Of a DNA stretch of 64,000 bases, positions 1 to 14,099 are shown piece by piece (the stretch's first letter is position 1; each line of letters starts with the position of its first letter). This DNA is from Raillietiella orientalis (taxonomy: Eukaryota). The stretch lies in contig JAYWIR010000041.1 of the NCBI GenBank assembly GCA_036172245.1, positions 186,001 through 250,000 on the forward strand, written 5' to 3'. A model generated the notes under the pieces. It did not search any database, was not told the origin of the DNA, and saw only the letters and a program-made list of their open reading frames with translations. Both the position numbers and the translations under genes were made by a program.

Positions 1-1700
1 CACCTGCATCTGTTCAGCGAAGAATCAGTTCAGGCCACGCTCTTGGCGAGGGGAAACGAAGTCTTTCAGTGGCACCTGAGACCCAGAGGAGCCTCACTGT
101 TGCATCGGACTGGTAACTTGATGGCTCATCCAACAGTCTCTGGAGGAAACAAAAGGAGAAACTGGAAAGAGGGGCGCGACAAGGATATTCCACCCGCTTG
201 GCAGGAACCTGAGTAGATAGTAGACCAACGCTGCATTTGAGCAGAACAGCCCCAAGAAGAGGGATCCGACGATTACATGAGGGCGATACGATGCGTTGGA
301 GTTCTCCGTGTACGTTGACTTTTGGTGCCTGATCGATGAAACTGGGGCTCACAATGACCCCTGCGCCACGAAGATCCTGGTCTTCATTCTCACGTACTGT
401 TGACCATTGTCCTATGGAGCCACCGCTTCTCAGGAGTTGTTCGAAGTGGCTCTCGCTTCAGAGGAATCGTGACCTCCAACGACGACCTGCTCGAGGGTTT
501 CCTGAGGGATCACCTGGTTATCCTTGCCAATGGATATGGACGAGCCTCTCTTGACCACGCAAGCATCAATAAAAGAAAGCTCCATCTTGCCTAACCTTTA
601 GGGTGAGCCGATCTTTACACGAAAGCAACGACTGTGGGAGCGCGCAGGAAGCACATCCGTTAAGGACTGCGAACGACGACACTGTGCACATCAACAAAGC
701 GGATGGAAGCTGCGGTCAGTTTCTCGCTTGCTTTTCTTTGCAGATCTTTTACACCATTAACCAGCAGTGAAACGAGAGCACAAGCGCTTCAGTCTTCGGA
801 AAAATTCTGAAGCTTCCAAGGAAACTAAAGAATATTAAATCATTCCTGCTTGTACGGCGCAGCAGCAACGAGGGAAGTTGAAGCTGTATTAGATCCGGTG
901 TAGATTCACCGTACATTCCCTGCAGGGCAAGCAACGCTGACAAGGTAGCGATGAGGACTTTTCCTCGGAGCATTTTCTCTCAAGATGTGAAAGTTGCGAG
1001 ACTTTTTGAAGCAAGCTGACTAGATCGCCAATCTAGTTTCAGGATCACTGTTGGACCGCTCTCCTAGAACGGAGAGCACCAGCTTTCGTACACGGTTGCC
1101 ATGGAAGAATTTTCGGTTTCAGTGCTTGTGTCATTCGGATCACGGAGAACCTCCAGAGCCCATCTGCGAGGGTGTGCAAAGCAAATGATGGAGCGAACAC
1201 GAGAACCGGAAATCAGGAGAGAATGCATGGTCGGAACTATTTATTGGCCTCAAGCCGCGTGATGAATGAGTTTGTTCTGGAGGCAGATCCACTGGCGACG
1301 TCGTCATAGAGTGGAGGTGCAGTAAGCGAGGCATTCTAAACTGGAAATTGTTCCAATACTTGCTGTCACTTGTGATGGAAATCTCAACTTAGGCAGCTGT
1401 AACGTTGCTAATGGAACGACAACGACTTCCCTGATCATCAGACAAGTTTCTGGCACTCGTACCCTGGAAGAAGAACAGAGTACAGTATCCTTTTTTTGTC
1501 CATCCCTTCCTTTTGTTTTGTTCGAGAACCCACTCCACTGCCTTATCACGGAAGAGCTGATCGAGTCTTTCTGATGAGAAGTACCAAACCCTTCACAGCT
1601 CCCTGGAAAAACAGATCGGACAACCCATCCATTGCCGCGATAGTTCTTGTTGAGGAAACATTCATTCATCAGGATTTGCAAAGTTGGCCAAATGCTCCAA
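1..1700 (-). mobile_element. Very decayed non-LTR retrotransposon APE-endonuclease-like remnants (possibly two fragments)
   Basis: Broken minus-strand reads include ELSFIDACVV and GAGVIVSPSF near 330-590, and an SDH-like motif (RPINSSDH) near 1225-1255. There are many stops and frameshifts. Confidence 0.3.
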
Positions 1701-1949
1701 CATCAGTTCTTCCGCATCAGCGAGCTCTGTCTGTCCCTGCTCATTTCTTAAGCTCTATCTAAATCAAAGAGAAATGAATCGAAATCGCTTTTTTGCTCCG
1801 TGATGCCATATGATTTGGTTCTTTAATGAGAGCACTATTTTTCCTACTGATTACGAGGATAGTTTTGCTAAGGGAATAACTACTGTTTCAGATATGTGAT
1901 GATGCTTTTTCTTGTGGATGTGCATGATGATCCTTTTGTCACTGAGGGC

Positions 1950-4500
1950 TATGTGATGCTTTTGATCCCTATCTCATGACCCATTTTCCAGGCTAAGAGT
2001 GTTCACCTGTATCTTCTGGCAGATCTCCATTAAACGCCTTTAATGGTGGGAGATCTTCCAGAATAATTCGGGAATCCACGAGGCTTTACCTCTCTGAAAA
2101 ACAGTACGACTGTCCTGCAGACACAGCAGTTTTTGCAAAGATGGCGAACCAGAAGTTGAGATATCTGAAACTTCCACATTTGTTCGGATGGAGAACTGAA
2201 TCGGGAGGAGGATACCCCAGTAAGCTGAAAAGTGGGGCTCACTCGACCTGATGCGGAGTCCTTTCTGCACTCCGTCGGAACAAGTTCTCTGCAAGTTGCT
2301 ATCGAGCTCGGAACAGAGGATGAAGGAAACAAAATAAATCGGATGCACTCTGATGGATCCGAAGTTGTTTTTTGGGACATAAGAGGTGATAGAACAGCCG
2401 GAGCTTGTGGTGAAAATCATCTTCTCACTATGGAGAGATGGATGGTATTTCGAGATATTTCTTATGTAGGTGGAGCAGATGTCGTTTCCAGGTACTGAAA
2501 AAAAGCCAATCGGACCGGTGAAAAAGACAAATAGATCTAAACTATGATTTGCCTCTGCTCGATAGAATTTTGTTTGAAGCTCAAAAGGATCAAGGCAAGA
2601 AGGTAAGGCCTTTCTTGAAAGAAAGACAATAGATCACATTTGTCTCAGGGTGCCGAGTAGAAAATAAACGGCGGCGTTCTGAGGCATACAGGAAAAAACT
2701 ACCACTTCTTCCTTTGAGCAGATATCGGAAAGCATTCCCTGCATTTTAGCAATTCTCTGCAGATGGTAGCCGAAAGACACCAACATGCGTTGTGATGCGA
2801 ATTGCTTCTCTTCTGAGTGCATTATGAGAAAGAGAATCTTCGAGCAACGTGATTTTCATTTTTTAGGAAGAGGGGCTGTTGAAAAAGAAATTCTCCAGGG
2901 ATAGGAGGATACAACAGTGGTTCAGGAACAATCAGCGCACCTTATCAGTGAGTCAATCTCTACCCAGCGAAAATCCATTAGAAGGAAATGGAAAAGTACC
3001 ATTCGATAAGTTCTCTCAATTTTCAGGGGATAGACTGATTTCCCGGTCAAGAACGTCTCTCCCCCAGAAACGCTAGCTATCTGTAAAGTGTGTTGAAGTA
3101 GTGCAGCAGCTGAAAATCCGAGTCACTGAAAATGGGACTACGAATTGTGCGTTCATGAGGAGTTCTTGAAGGGCTCACTGATCTCTAAAAGACATATGCG
3201 GATCGTGTTGACCGTCGGCATGGCTTCTCATATCGATGGTTTTCATGCAGACTTCCCTGCAGGAATCGTGGAATGGGAGATGGAATAAATGAGAGTCTGG
3301 AGCATAACACCTCGAGAATGGCTCCACTTGTTCCTTAGGAATATTATCAGCTGTGGTGCTAACAGTCGGAATTCGCGATCAGATCACAAAAGGCTCCTGT
3401 AAAAATGCAGTGATGGGAAAGGAAGTAATTGGATTGAATTTCTGGTCCTCGGGAGAATATGCTCAATTTTCAGGATGAAGAACAAATCATGGGACGATTC
3501 AGAAGAACTGTCTCTGCTTTTCCGCTCATTTTTCCCAGATGAGAGATTTTGATGCTGCGTCTATCTTTCTTGGCTGGGTCAGATCAGGAAAGTAGGCAAA
3601 CAACAGTCTTGCGCTCAATCTTTGCTCGCGTGAGTGTTGTTTGCCTGTTGTTTCATGCCAAGATTGCTTGAGTCACTCTCGCCCTTCTTTGGAAACTCGC
3701 TTGAAGACCAACCGATCTCTCTCCTGTTCTCTCGCAAATAGGCAGCAATCGAATCACCTAGGCTCGCTCCTAGAGGGAAGGTGAACTGTCCTCTGCACTC
3801 CAATATTCTAGTTCCACGGCTGCAGGATTGAATGAGGATTTGAGACGAATCTGGGGAAACGAAGGAGCACTTCAAAATCCCAAGAGCACACCCAGCATGC
3901 TTTAAGATCTTCAAGGCTCGCGGTCCAATAATACGCATTCTGAGAAGATGTGAACTGGGAACCAGAGAGCGACTTGCTCTCCGGAAGTTTTCCTCTTCCC
4001 TGGACCAAGAATAGCAGACTGATTTGAAATTTCCTATCTTTGCCTCCGATTGTTTGGGTGCCCGACTGTGTTTCGGACTTTGGAGGAACGAAATGTTTCT
4101 TATTCCAGAAAAGGTACCGTCCTCTTCCAGGGTGATTCATGAATGCCTCCTGAAAACTGCAATAAAATGTCCGCCGTGCAAAAGCAAATTCTTGGAAAGA
4201 GAAAAGAAGCGGAGCCCATAAAGCGGAATACCATATGAACTCCGCATACACAGACAGTGTGGCTCCTCGGATCTGAAGATCTGAATCACATCAACTACGT
4301 TCGAAACCTCATGACGCGTTGCCATACGCTTGATTCTTTGCACAAGTACTCGGAATTCCCTTTCTTCCGTCAACCGTTGCTCTATTGGATTTGGGTTGCG
4401 TTTTGCAAGATGGGGATCGAATATGAGATGCGCCATCGAATCAGAAGCAGGGAACAAGGGGCACGTGACTCCGCACCCGATGTGCTAGGACCTCCTGGTC
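1950..4500 (-). mobile_element. Decayed L1/Tx1-like non-LTR retrotransposon (endonuclease and RT remnants)
   Basis: The minus strand gives EN-like fragments (RRSTRSAYVF, SPIFSDSD) at about 3050-3250. RT-like fragments (SVPGNDI, SGRVSPTFQLTGV) follow at about 2200-2500, in the expected order. Confidence 0.4.
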
Positions 4501-4599
4501 AGGTCATACACAACTAAGGGGCAGGGGAGAATAGAGTTGCCCTCAGGAATGTCGTAGCCTCGTCGAAATACCACTAACTGTGATTATTTACCCCAGTGC

Positions 4600-5500
4600 A
4601 GCAAGGAATCTCCGGCGCGACCTGACCTCTCTCCGACAAAGGGGAACTGAGTTATCATGCTGGGCACTTGCTGCTGCACACTCGAAAACACACCCAGAAT
4701 GTTCCAGAAGACGTGAGAATGCAGAGGGAAAATGTTGGACTCAGGCGCTTTCCCTATGGCTCCTGGATCAAGAGTCAGTTCGTGGGATTACCATCGGCTA
4801 GTTGGTGCCTTAGGGTGCAGAGAAGGAGGCTGTCCTGAAAGAGCTGGAAACTCGAGGAATGTTTGCGAAACAAGATAGCTAATGTAGGTGGCTGGATAGG
4901 TAGCTCCATCTTCCTGGAAGCTAATTCTCTGTTCACATTCTCATCAGTTGGTATCAGTTCTTCTTGGGCTACAATGTGATGGACGATCGCTTCAAGATGT
5001 TGCAACCTGTATGTTCCGGATATACTGGATGCTGCAAGCAACCACAAGGTTTTTCACTTTATCCAGATATAACCATGACATCTCCATCTCGATCTGCAGC
5101 CTCTTCCATTTGGCTGATCCCAGAACCCCAGAGAGACAGCAGCTGTGCCACCTACGAGTCACCTCAGCATCCACAGTGGACGGGTAAGCAACGATTTTCC
5201 TGCATTTCAGCGTGAGAAGTGCCATCGAATGGGGAGAAAATTTTTTCCAAGATGATCATTCTTCTCCTCTGAACAGTTCCGGAGTACAAGAAGAGACGAG
5301 ACTGCACTCCAGAGATATGTTCATTGCAGGAGGCTACTTCCCAGCTCCCTCTTATTGCCATCTTCAACCGGTGAAGCAACACGTCATGTTACGGAATGTT
5401 CTGGAGATGGTGCCAAAAATACGGCAGTGCTTCATTTCAAACTCAGTATCTGTTGCAACTGGAGTCTTGTTTGCTATGTGATGTCCCGCTGAGCTGAGGG
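4600..5500 (-). mobile_element. Possible hAT-like transposase remnant
   Basis: Minus-strand fragments IILEKIFSPFDGTSHAEMQ and LWLLAASSISGTYRLQHL loosely resemble hAT catalytic-region motifs. The match is highly degenerate. Confidence 0.25.
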
Positions 5501-5799
5501 ATGCTGAGCCCGGCAGCATGGATCAATCTGCAATCCGAGTACCGGGTGTATTTACCTGAAGTGAAGGATCGTGGTGTGAATGAAAGAAACCTGTTCTACG
5601 CGCTGACCCGGTTCAGACTGCAGAGTTATTTTGTTCCGGATGGTTGCAAGTCTGCCCCGATACCAAAAGATCAACAAATAACAGGAGGTGTGTCAAAATA
5701 CGTTGGAGGTTGCGGTCGACCTTGCAAAGGCTTTTCAACTGGATTAGCACCAGCAGCTGCTCTGGGAGATTGTGGTTTATCTTGGCTTCCTAGCCATTC

Positions 5800-6750
5800 C
5801 GCTGGTCTGCCTGCGCTTTGCATGACGTGATGCAATTATTAAGATTTGTCTCAGGAGCCTCCACGTGTACAGCTTACCCGAGCGGCAGGAGACAGCCTAA
5901 GCCCATTACGTTTCAGTGCTCACTTCGAGTCAGCACTGAACAGATTCAGAAGGCCCTGGCAACCTTTCCGTCCTCGTGCCCTGCACTCTGCCCATTCCCG
6001 CTTTGACTAACGAGATCGTCCTTGGGATCCTTGTGTGTAGCACATTCTGGTATTCTGGTATTCCCGTGGGCATTTCTGACTTCTCAGGAGCGTGATCTGC
6101 TGCCTCCAGAAGTCAGAGAGGGAGATTGAACAGTTCCTAGGAGGCAATTTTTTTTTTTTTTTGTGCCGAAATGCATTGCACTTTAGAACACTTTTGTCTC
6201 CCTCCTTCTACAGCCTCTTCTCTTTGTTTCTCTTCCGCCCTACGATGCGAAAAAGAGAGAAGAGAAGAAGAGAAGTCTCGTGAGAAGGACGGAATCCAAA
6301 GTATCTAAAGGTGTGTGCAAAAGACTTATCGGCCTTTGCGTCACGTTGCTGAACTCGGCATGCTCGTGCCGAAAAAACTCGAAGTGGAGGTCCACTTTCG
6401 CAAACTGCATCTGATGGTTCTTCAGTTTTCAGAGGTTCTCAGATGGTTCTCAGAGACAACTTCTGTTGTGGTTCTTTACTCCGCAACATGGTCCTCCGTG
6501 GTTCACAGCAACGAGTGGAAGCAGCTCTATTGCATCCAGAGAACTCCCCTCGGCAGATTCTGCGTCGGCTCTTCAGGTTGCGAGGACTCTCGACCACCAG
6601 GCTGCTAAGAATGCTGTGCTGCATCCCAGCAGTGGCTGCCAATCTCCATGCGGTGGAGCAGCGGTAGCAACAGAGGACGGTCATCCAATTCATCCTCAGG
6701 ATGACGAGAACAGCAAGATGGTTTCATCTCCCTCCAGAAATCAAAAAGGA
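5800..6750 (-). mobile_element. Non-LTR reverse transcriptase remnant
   Basis: The minus-strand read QRPISLLHTPLDTLDSVLLTRL (about 6275-6340) matches the RPISLL...RL motif of non-LTR RTs. Downstream RT motifs are degraded. Confidence 0.5.
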
Positions 6751-7299
6751 CTCCTCCGTCTGGATTGCGGAAGTCTATATGAAAAATGTAGGACAGAAAC
6801 CTAGTGAAACTACCTTCTCTTGGTTTCCCAGTGATGTGAAACGTTTGCATCCTGTGTTCCTCTGTATCATACATTTATTTATTTATTTTTCTCTCCTATC
6901 CTCCCTTCCCCCGTGGCTCCACAACCCTGCCGTACTGAGCACATTTTCCTGCCAGCTGATGCCTACCTGCGCGTCGGCATCCTCCGAATCCGTGCCTCCA
7001 GGCAACGTGAACGTATCTTCATTTACTTGGAATAAGCATCCCGGCACGATCATCGATTGAACAGCGGCTAAGCTGAAGAGGGTGGTGAAAGGATGGAAGC
7101 TTCGGGAAATTTCTCCATTGCGTTTCTTCGCTCAACTTCTAATCCCTAGAATGAAGTTCCCTGTGCTGCCCTCCGCACACAGTCTCCAGATTCCTGATGA
7201 AGTATTCTCCTCTGCCCGGCGTGCCGGAGGATCATCCCAGCGGTCTTTCTGAAACCTCTAGGTTCACTCGGCGCTCACGAGGGAGACTTAGACGGTGAT

Positions 7300-9130
7300 C
7301 TTCGTGCCAAACTGAGAGTAACTTTGCCGATGCGAGAGCTCCCCTAACCACCTGTGCTCACTGGATCAAGGAACGCGGAAAGCGACCCCATTTTTGGAGG
7401 AGATGCTATCCTCACGACATCCTTCGTAAAGCAGCATCTTCGCGTAATGACAAAACAAAGAAAACATCTGGTTGCACAAATCATCGAGAAACACAAAGGG
7501 AGAACGAGGGGAGTTTACTTCGATCGACAGCATCGGTTGTGCCCTGCAGAAGGCGTCGGCGACTTTGCTGCGGAGGGCACATCGCAATGAAAGTGTTGAA
7601 CCGATGCTCTGAGCAACTCGCAGGTAGAGTCTTTGGAGGGACGACCAATGAGGAGCACCCATGCATACTCTCGGAAGGACGTGGCGGAGCAGAGAGCATT
7701 CACGTCATCAGCAAAGTACTTGAGACAGATGTTTGCTCCGCTGCAGCATCTTCCATGTCCTGAGAAGAGACGGAGGCGAGCTGACCTTATGGGAAGGCGG
7801 ATGCAGCTCCAAAAATAACCTGTTCTCCGAAAGATGCATTGAAATCGGAAGGTTGAGTGCAGAGTTTTTCCCAAGAAATATAGATAATCATATCTCTTGG
7901 AGAATCCAAGAGAATGTGAGTGTTCGAAGAGCAGTAGTGTGCAGCTCCATATCTACAAGGTGGGTGTTAACAAGACACACCTCCCCAGAGGTGAAATCAG
8001 AATGTGCTGCGCTCATCTGAAAAAGGCAAGGAGCTTCACAGATGAGCGCTTGTAAGTGCATTGCGTCATACATGCACAGCACTCACGACGACCGAGTGCT
8101 CCATCGTGATGGTGAGGGACGAGAAAACCTCCGCTTTCACGTGCAACCCTCAGTTATCGAAGTACCTCCCCATTTTTTTTCAGAAAGGACAAAGTTTCAC
8201 ACTGAAAATCTCTTGCATCAGGTTCTCTGTCAGAAAAGTCTGCGTAGCTGCTGATTCACGTGGTTCGTCGATCGCATGACAAAGAATTCGATACCAAGGA
8301 CCACTCACTAGAGGAATAGAATAATGAAGAAATGAGAACTCCTCATAAGTCCTTGAAACCCTTATAGTGCCCGAAATGACCTTGGCATTCTTTCAAGAAA
8401 AGCAGTTCATTTGTAAAAGGAGGAGGAGTGAAATATGCCCTCTTCTATTCCTAAAGGATCTGAGACAACAGTATGAACATTGGGCAGATCAGTATCTCCT
8501 TATCTCGGATTGCCTGACATTTATTTAAGAATAAATAAATAAATCAAAACAGGTACAGCCAAAGAACGACATGTGTCGGTCCGTACCCAAAGTGACCGCT
8601 CTACTAGGAAGAGAACTAGAGAACTAGAAAAAGTAGAAGGAGGGGAGGAAGTGGAGACATTGAATAAATAAATAAGAAATGGGATGGACCGAACTCACTC
8701 ATGATTTCTGAGAGCCTGTGATGGGGCAGGGAAGGCACAAAAGAAGGGGATGAGTTCGCCGGTTACTCCAGCTCGTTAGTTTCGGGCTGGTCGGTCCACA
8801 AGCATTGGGATGAACCCTCGCGTCTTACGTCCCGCATTGGGTCGTTTCGCAGTCCTTCGTATGTAGGCGTTGCGATCGCAAACGGCTCTCCGGGACGACG
8901 GCCTCGCTCTCCCTCCATCTCGGCGGTCTTCGCTGCTCTCGCACGTGGCAGAGGACGGCCGGAGAGGAGTCCACCGGCCATCCCGAAGAAGCGAGCACTC
9001 CTCGAAAGGTGTGTTGCGGAGCGGCGTCCTCAGAGATGCGCTCCCGTCCCTCGTGCATCTTCGGCGTTCAAGGAGCAACTTGCAGTGGTGTTTCCATTGC
9101 TGGACAGTAGAAAGTAAGTTCCTTTCGCAT
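7300..9130 (-). mobile_element. RTE-like retrotransposon remnants (RT core and a separate C-terminal piece)
   Basis: Fragments ALCSATSFREYAWVLLIG, GAPHWSSLQRLY and SPFVFLDDL lie at 7400-7750. RISEDAAPQHTFRGVLASSG (about 8980-9045) resembles the RTE ORF C-terminus. Confidence 0.4.
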
Positions 9131-9399
9131 TCTGGTACAGCAGCGTCAAGCAAGTCATCAAATGAGAAGCACACCGGGACACATCTCAAGCTTTAAAATT
9201 TTGATGTGTGCAATTACAATTGCAGGGGACCCTGGACTATCTTTCGTTCCGGCTGTTTATACGCTCATCTTGATTCTTATAGACTTACGGCGTGTTGCTT
9301 GCATTTGCATTTCTCTGGATGCATTCGCAAAGGATGCATCCGTGGAAGTGCCGTGGACGAAAAGAAATTAAATCCCCTACAAGTCACAGAGCGTGAGGT

Positions 9400-11600
9400 A
9401 CCTGATCAAACGTCACAGTACTGAAGGCCCCGAGGGGAATTATGGAGGGAGGATAACACGGTGCTTATCTCCGGATACCAAGGCAGATCTGGGTTCTTGC
9501 ACCGTGAAGACGCTCCCGTCCTCGTTCGGATGCATGCAAGCGGAGAGCGCGCGCGCACAGTGGTCGAATCAGCAGAGAACTGAAACGGTCGATGCTAAGA
9601 ACGCCGGACACTGGAATCAGCGCGTGCTCGGCTCTCGTCCGACGATGCAGCCTGGCTGCTCCTTGGCTCGGCTGCTCCCATAATTTTGATTGCCTTAGAG
9701 GCAACGAACGAGAAAGTCCTCTGCAGCGTTCCATTAAACTCCTTGGCCATCAACTGTAGACCCATTCCGCATCGCCCGCAGCCTTTGGCTTCCTCGCACC
9801 CGAAGGATGTTCATGAAACCGAGGAAGGATTCTAGATAGGATCCTGCGCATCTGGAGACGGCCGGAGAATTGACTTCTCCCCAGACCATGGCAGTCGGCC
9901 ACTCCGCGTTGCGAGCGAGACGCGAACTTCAGACGAACGCCCAAGTCTCCCGTAGTTGCAGCCCGTCCAACTCCAGGGCATAGCCCACCCTTGCCCCTTT
10001 CTCGCAACTGAGTCCGTGCTCCGGCACCTTTCCTTTCCTGCCTTAGACCACTTTTCCGGTCGTCCGCTTCGTCGACGGATGAGTAATACCCTCTTCAGCT
10101 TTTTCACCTCCCTGTCGAATCACGGCGAAGATCGTGGAATCTCCAATCGCTTCGAACCCGGAAGGAAGAAAACGGAGCGAAAAGAATTGGACTTCTTTCC
10201 CCACCCTGTAAGGAATACTCTTGTCTACGAAGAGGCAAGAACGCTCGTTCAGTTGCTGCAGGTGGTGTGTAACCCATGCAAGCTGCTGTGGGCTTCGTTC
10301 ACCCTTGCCAGAGTGCTGCCCACGCTAAAGAACTCAAGGGACAGCAACGTTTCCGCAAGGTGGGAGGTGCCCTGCCGCGTCGAAGGCAGGAAAAAACTTC
10401 TGGTCTCGTGAACAACTCGGCAACTAGCGAACTCTGCGACCCCGAGTGTCCCGCCTAAAGGACTTTTACGCTGGGAAGAGCTGTTTGCGATCCCTCCGGA
10501 AGAGGTTCAGTGGCCCTTAGCTTGTTGGAACAGTGACGCCCTCCCCCTCAAGTGGTAGGAGTTGGCGTTGCTGGTTTTGCATGGAGGAATCCCAAGGAGA
10601 GAATGCCTTCATCATTGAACACGGGGAGCGTGAATGCTAACTGCGAATGGGCAAGGAGACCCTCCCACACCTTCTGCCTAGACTGTGCCACCTTCCGACT
10701 CCTCCGACTCCTTTGGGATCGCCTAGCGACGACCCTTGGATTCCTGGTGGGCAACCGCAGGGACGTTTTGTAGACTCTTCTTCGCGCGCCTTCGCCACCT
10801 ACCACGAGGCGCGTCCCTCGCAGCTCCCTGTTGTCTTCGAGAAATCGTGGCGGCCTTGAGCGCAGGAAGAAGAACCCAAAATGGAAGGGACGCCATCCAC
10901 TGGGCACGAATCTTCTTGAAGACCGCTACCTGGGCTGCATCCGGAGCGAACTGCCCAGCATTTTGGACAGGAACGTGTTGGGAGATAGGTCCCTCGCAGA
11001 CCGCTTCCTCTCATCATCCATGGAAATCGGAACACCTGAGAAATTAGAAGCCTTTCCTGAAATGGTCCGTATGATAGGGGTTAAGGGGGATGAGTCCGTG
11101 GGCTGCTTCACACGTTTGCAAGCGGGTGACGAGGAAAAGCAGGTCTGTAAGAATGGTTCTTTAATGCACCGCTCAGAAAGAAAATGACACTCGGAACGAT
11201 ACTGAGCCGTCGGAAAACGCTTAACTTCGATGACGAGTGTCCATTAATAGCGGCACATTGAGCACGCCGCGAGAAAGGGGAGGGAAGAGGAGGACGCTCC
11301 AAGGAAAACTTCGGGCACAGCTTTCCACGCAGCGGTCCTTACGGCAGCGAACTCCACGGAGGGAAGCAGAAACTCTGGAGCACGAGATGCAGAAACGAGG
11401 GGGGGAATTGTGCGAAGACGGTGCGAGCTGCGTGACCTCGGAGCACCATCCGTCGAATGCGCTTGAGACTCCTACGTACACCCGTTGGTGTACATGTGCG
11501 AACCTGAGGCGGTCGCATTCGTGCACACAAGTGACGGCACCCAAGATAAGAGAGTCCTCTTGAATTCGTGACTCTCACTCACGGCTGTGAAACAACAAAC
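9400..11600 (-). mobile_element. Decayed R2/NeSL-like (RLE-type) non-LTR retrotransposon
   Basis: Ordered minus-strand remnants: RT motif VYVGVSSAFDG (about 11450-11485), thumb-like NFSGVPI (about 11030), degenerate zinc knuckle KGCGRCG (about 9765-9790), then RLE-like residues near 9500. Confidence 0.5.
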
Positions 11601-13264
11601 CCACCATGCGCGCGCGCTCCTGCAAGATGCACACGGGCACACGAGTCCACCACTCTGGAGGAACTGAAGTTGGTCCACCGCTAATTTAATGCACGCGGAT
11701 TATTGTAGAATTCCACGAAAACTCCATCTATTAGAACAATCAGAAGGAACAAACGTTACTTTTTATGAATATATTGATCATCTGAATTTACATAACGCTT
11801 GGCATTTCATCATGTGTTGGCTTAAGATTGGTGACTTGCGATCACCGTAAAGCTACAGTAATCTCATATGACTGTATGTAATAGTATCTAAATAAAAGAT
11901 GACGTTGCATAGATTGTGCCGCAGCGTACCATGAGTTTGGGATAGGCGATGCCTTGCGAGTAAGCTTGTGAGTGAACGTGAAACCACCAGATGGCAGCAT
12001 CTGTTCATTTGTTCGGGTGAAGTTCACGCTGTGGAAACACGTGCCTCCTGGTCACCCCGCCTATTGGAAGGACCCGCGTGCCAGTGCCAACCAGGAGCGC
12101 CAAGCAATCGCGCTTTTCCGCTGTTTCACGAGAGCACCTGCGACGCTCCTTGGCGGGCGTGCTGAGAAGCAACGTCGATCCCCCTTTCCGAGTTTTCGGC
12201 AGCGACCCCGGATGGGAAGCGTTTTTTGCTCTTGCCCCCATCACCGGATCCATACTTCAGCTCAGAAAGTGCAGTCTGCATGTGGACCCTCCAGGCATGA
12301 GCACGCAGAGCATGTTCGCATATGGGAGGAAGAAAGCGTGCATGAGCGTTTCTACGTGAGGGATTTCGCGCCGGGGGGGAAACTGCTCTCGCAAGGACTT
12401 CGTCTCAGCAGGGAGGAAGAGAGCGAAGACTCCGCGCTCCGTGGATGCTGCGTCAGGAGTTCGCAAAAGATGATCCTAGACTGAAAAGACTGGCAGTCCG
12501 TTTTCCTTCCTCCCCCCTCTTCCTCTCCTTGACTTTTCCTTCCCTTCCATTCCAACGAGCATCTCCGACCCGGTAGTACATTGCTCAACGCTCTTCCTGA
12601 ATGGATGGAGCCAACGCACCAAAGAACTCCTAGGCACCATTGGGGGAAACATTTCGTTTACATGAACCCCTCAAAATGAAGGGTGGGTCCACTCTTCTTT
12701 GATGGAGGCAGGGCAAGCATTTTTTTACCGTGGTATCCGGAGCCATCTATTGGTAATGCAGTAAAGCCAGCGAGGGAGGTGTCTTTGCCGTGCTTCGAGG
12801 AGGGGGGGCGGGAGGAACGCTAGGAGGCACTGTGCACGGGGAACCGTGACTTCAGTGTCTGAAATTGCCGAGGTTAGGGCGTAGGGAAGGTTGGGATAGG
12901 GTCGCTATTCCCATCAGCCCATAGGTTTCGGTGTTTCCTCAACCTCCCGGTATAGGTCGCGTCCGGTCGCTTGGCAACTGCCGTCCCCTTCTGCTAAAGG
13001 ACACGCAGCAGCATTGCAAAGGTACATGCGGGGGATGAGTCGCCGCACCACTTGCGGGCCGTCTCGAACCCGCGCGGAGCGAGAGACGGGCGCAAAACCG
13101 AAACGGGCGGAAGGCGTTACTTCCCTTTATGGTTATTTACCTACGGCGTCAGAGCATTGCAAAGAGAGCACACGTGACAATCCCTCGTTCATGAGCACCT
13201 CAGTCAAGAGGGAGCCATGCGGTGTGTGGGCATGCATCATGTCTCGTCCTTTTTCTTCATGGAT

Positions 13265-14050
13265 AAAGAGTACCTGAGGCTCCAGGGTTACAGATTCATT
13301 CACGCAGCTTGGTTAAAGGTTCTACCAATAGAGCCGGGGCCAGGGTGAAACCAGAGGATCGCGCATGTCGGCGCTACCGGACGAAAGACCAAAAATTTCC
13401 TCATGTCTTACACCGACTCAAGAGGCACTTTCAACTGTTCAATGCGCGACATAACGCAATCCAGGAACAGATCAGGATGGCAGCAATGGATGAAGCAAAG
13501 TGGACCCTAGTGTCAACCAATCAGAGAGCTCCAGGAACGGAATCTCTCTTGCGACCAGACCTAATACTGAAGAAAGGAAATCGAACAATAGAGCTGGACA
13601 TCTGCTGCCCTTTCGAGGGTGGAAAAGGGGACGTTCATCACAGCTAGGAGGGACAAGCTGAAAAAATAGAAGCAACCCTCCAGCTAGGCAAAGAGGGGAA
13701 ACAATGCAAGGTGCATGCTCTCGTCGTTGGCTCACTGGGAGCCTGGGGACCCAGATAGCGAGGAAGTGCTGCAGGATCAAAAAAGCACTCGGAGAGGATG
13801 AGGCATCGGATGGTGGCTTCGTGCGTCAGGTACTCCAAGGACATCACGGAAGGAACAGCACGAGAGACCGAAACTCAGACACAACGGGAAAATCCCAGAG
13901 ATAAGCTCTTGAGAGACTGAGGACAAGACGCTAAGGAAGCAACAGACTGAAGGGCAACAGGCTCTCCAGATGGACAGATGGGAATCTCGGAAGAATGTGA
14001 AGAGCCCCCTGTAAGGCAATTTTAAATTGTAAATTTAAGCAATAAAAGTT
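13265..14050 (+). mobile_element. NeSL/Utopia-like non-LTR retrotransposon 3' end (CCHC and restriction-like endonuclease), pseudogenised
   Basis: Reads include YRFIHAAWLKVLP, ACRR...PHVL...RHNAIQ, RPDLILKKGNRTIELDICCPFE and ALVVGSLGAW. An AATAAA lies at 14041-14046. Confidence 0.8.
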
Positions 14051-14099
14051 CCCAAAGGATTAGAAGAAATTTCGCCTCTGCGAAGAATAAGGGAGAGAC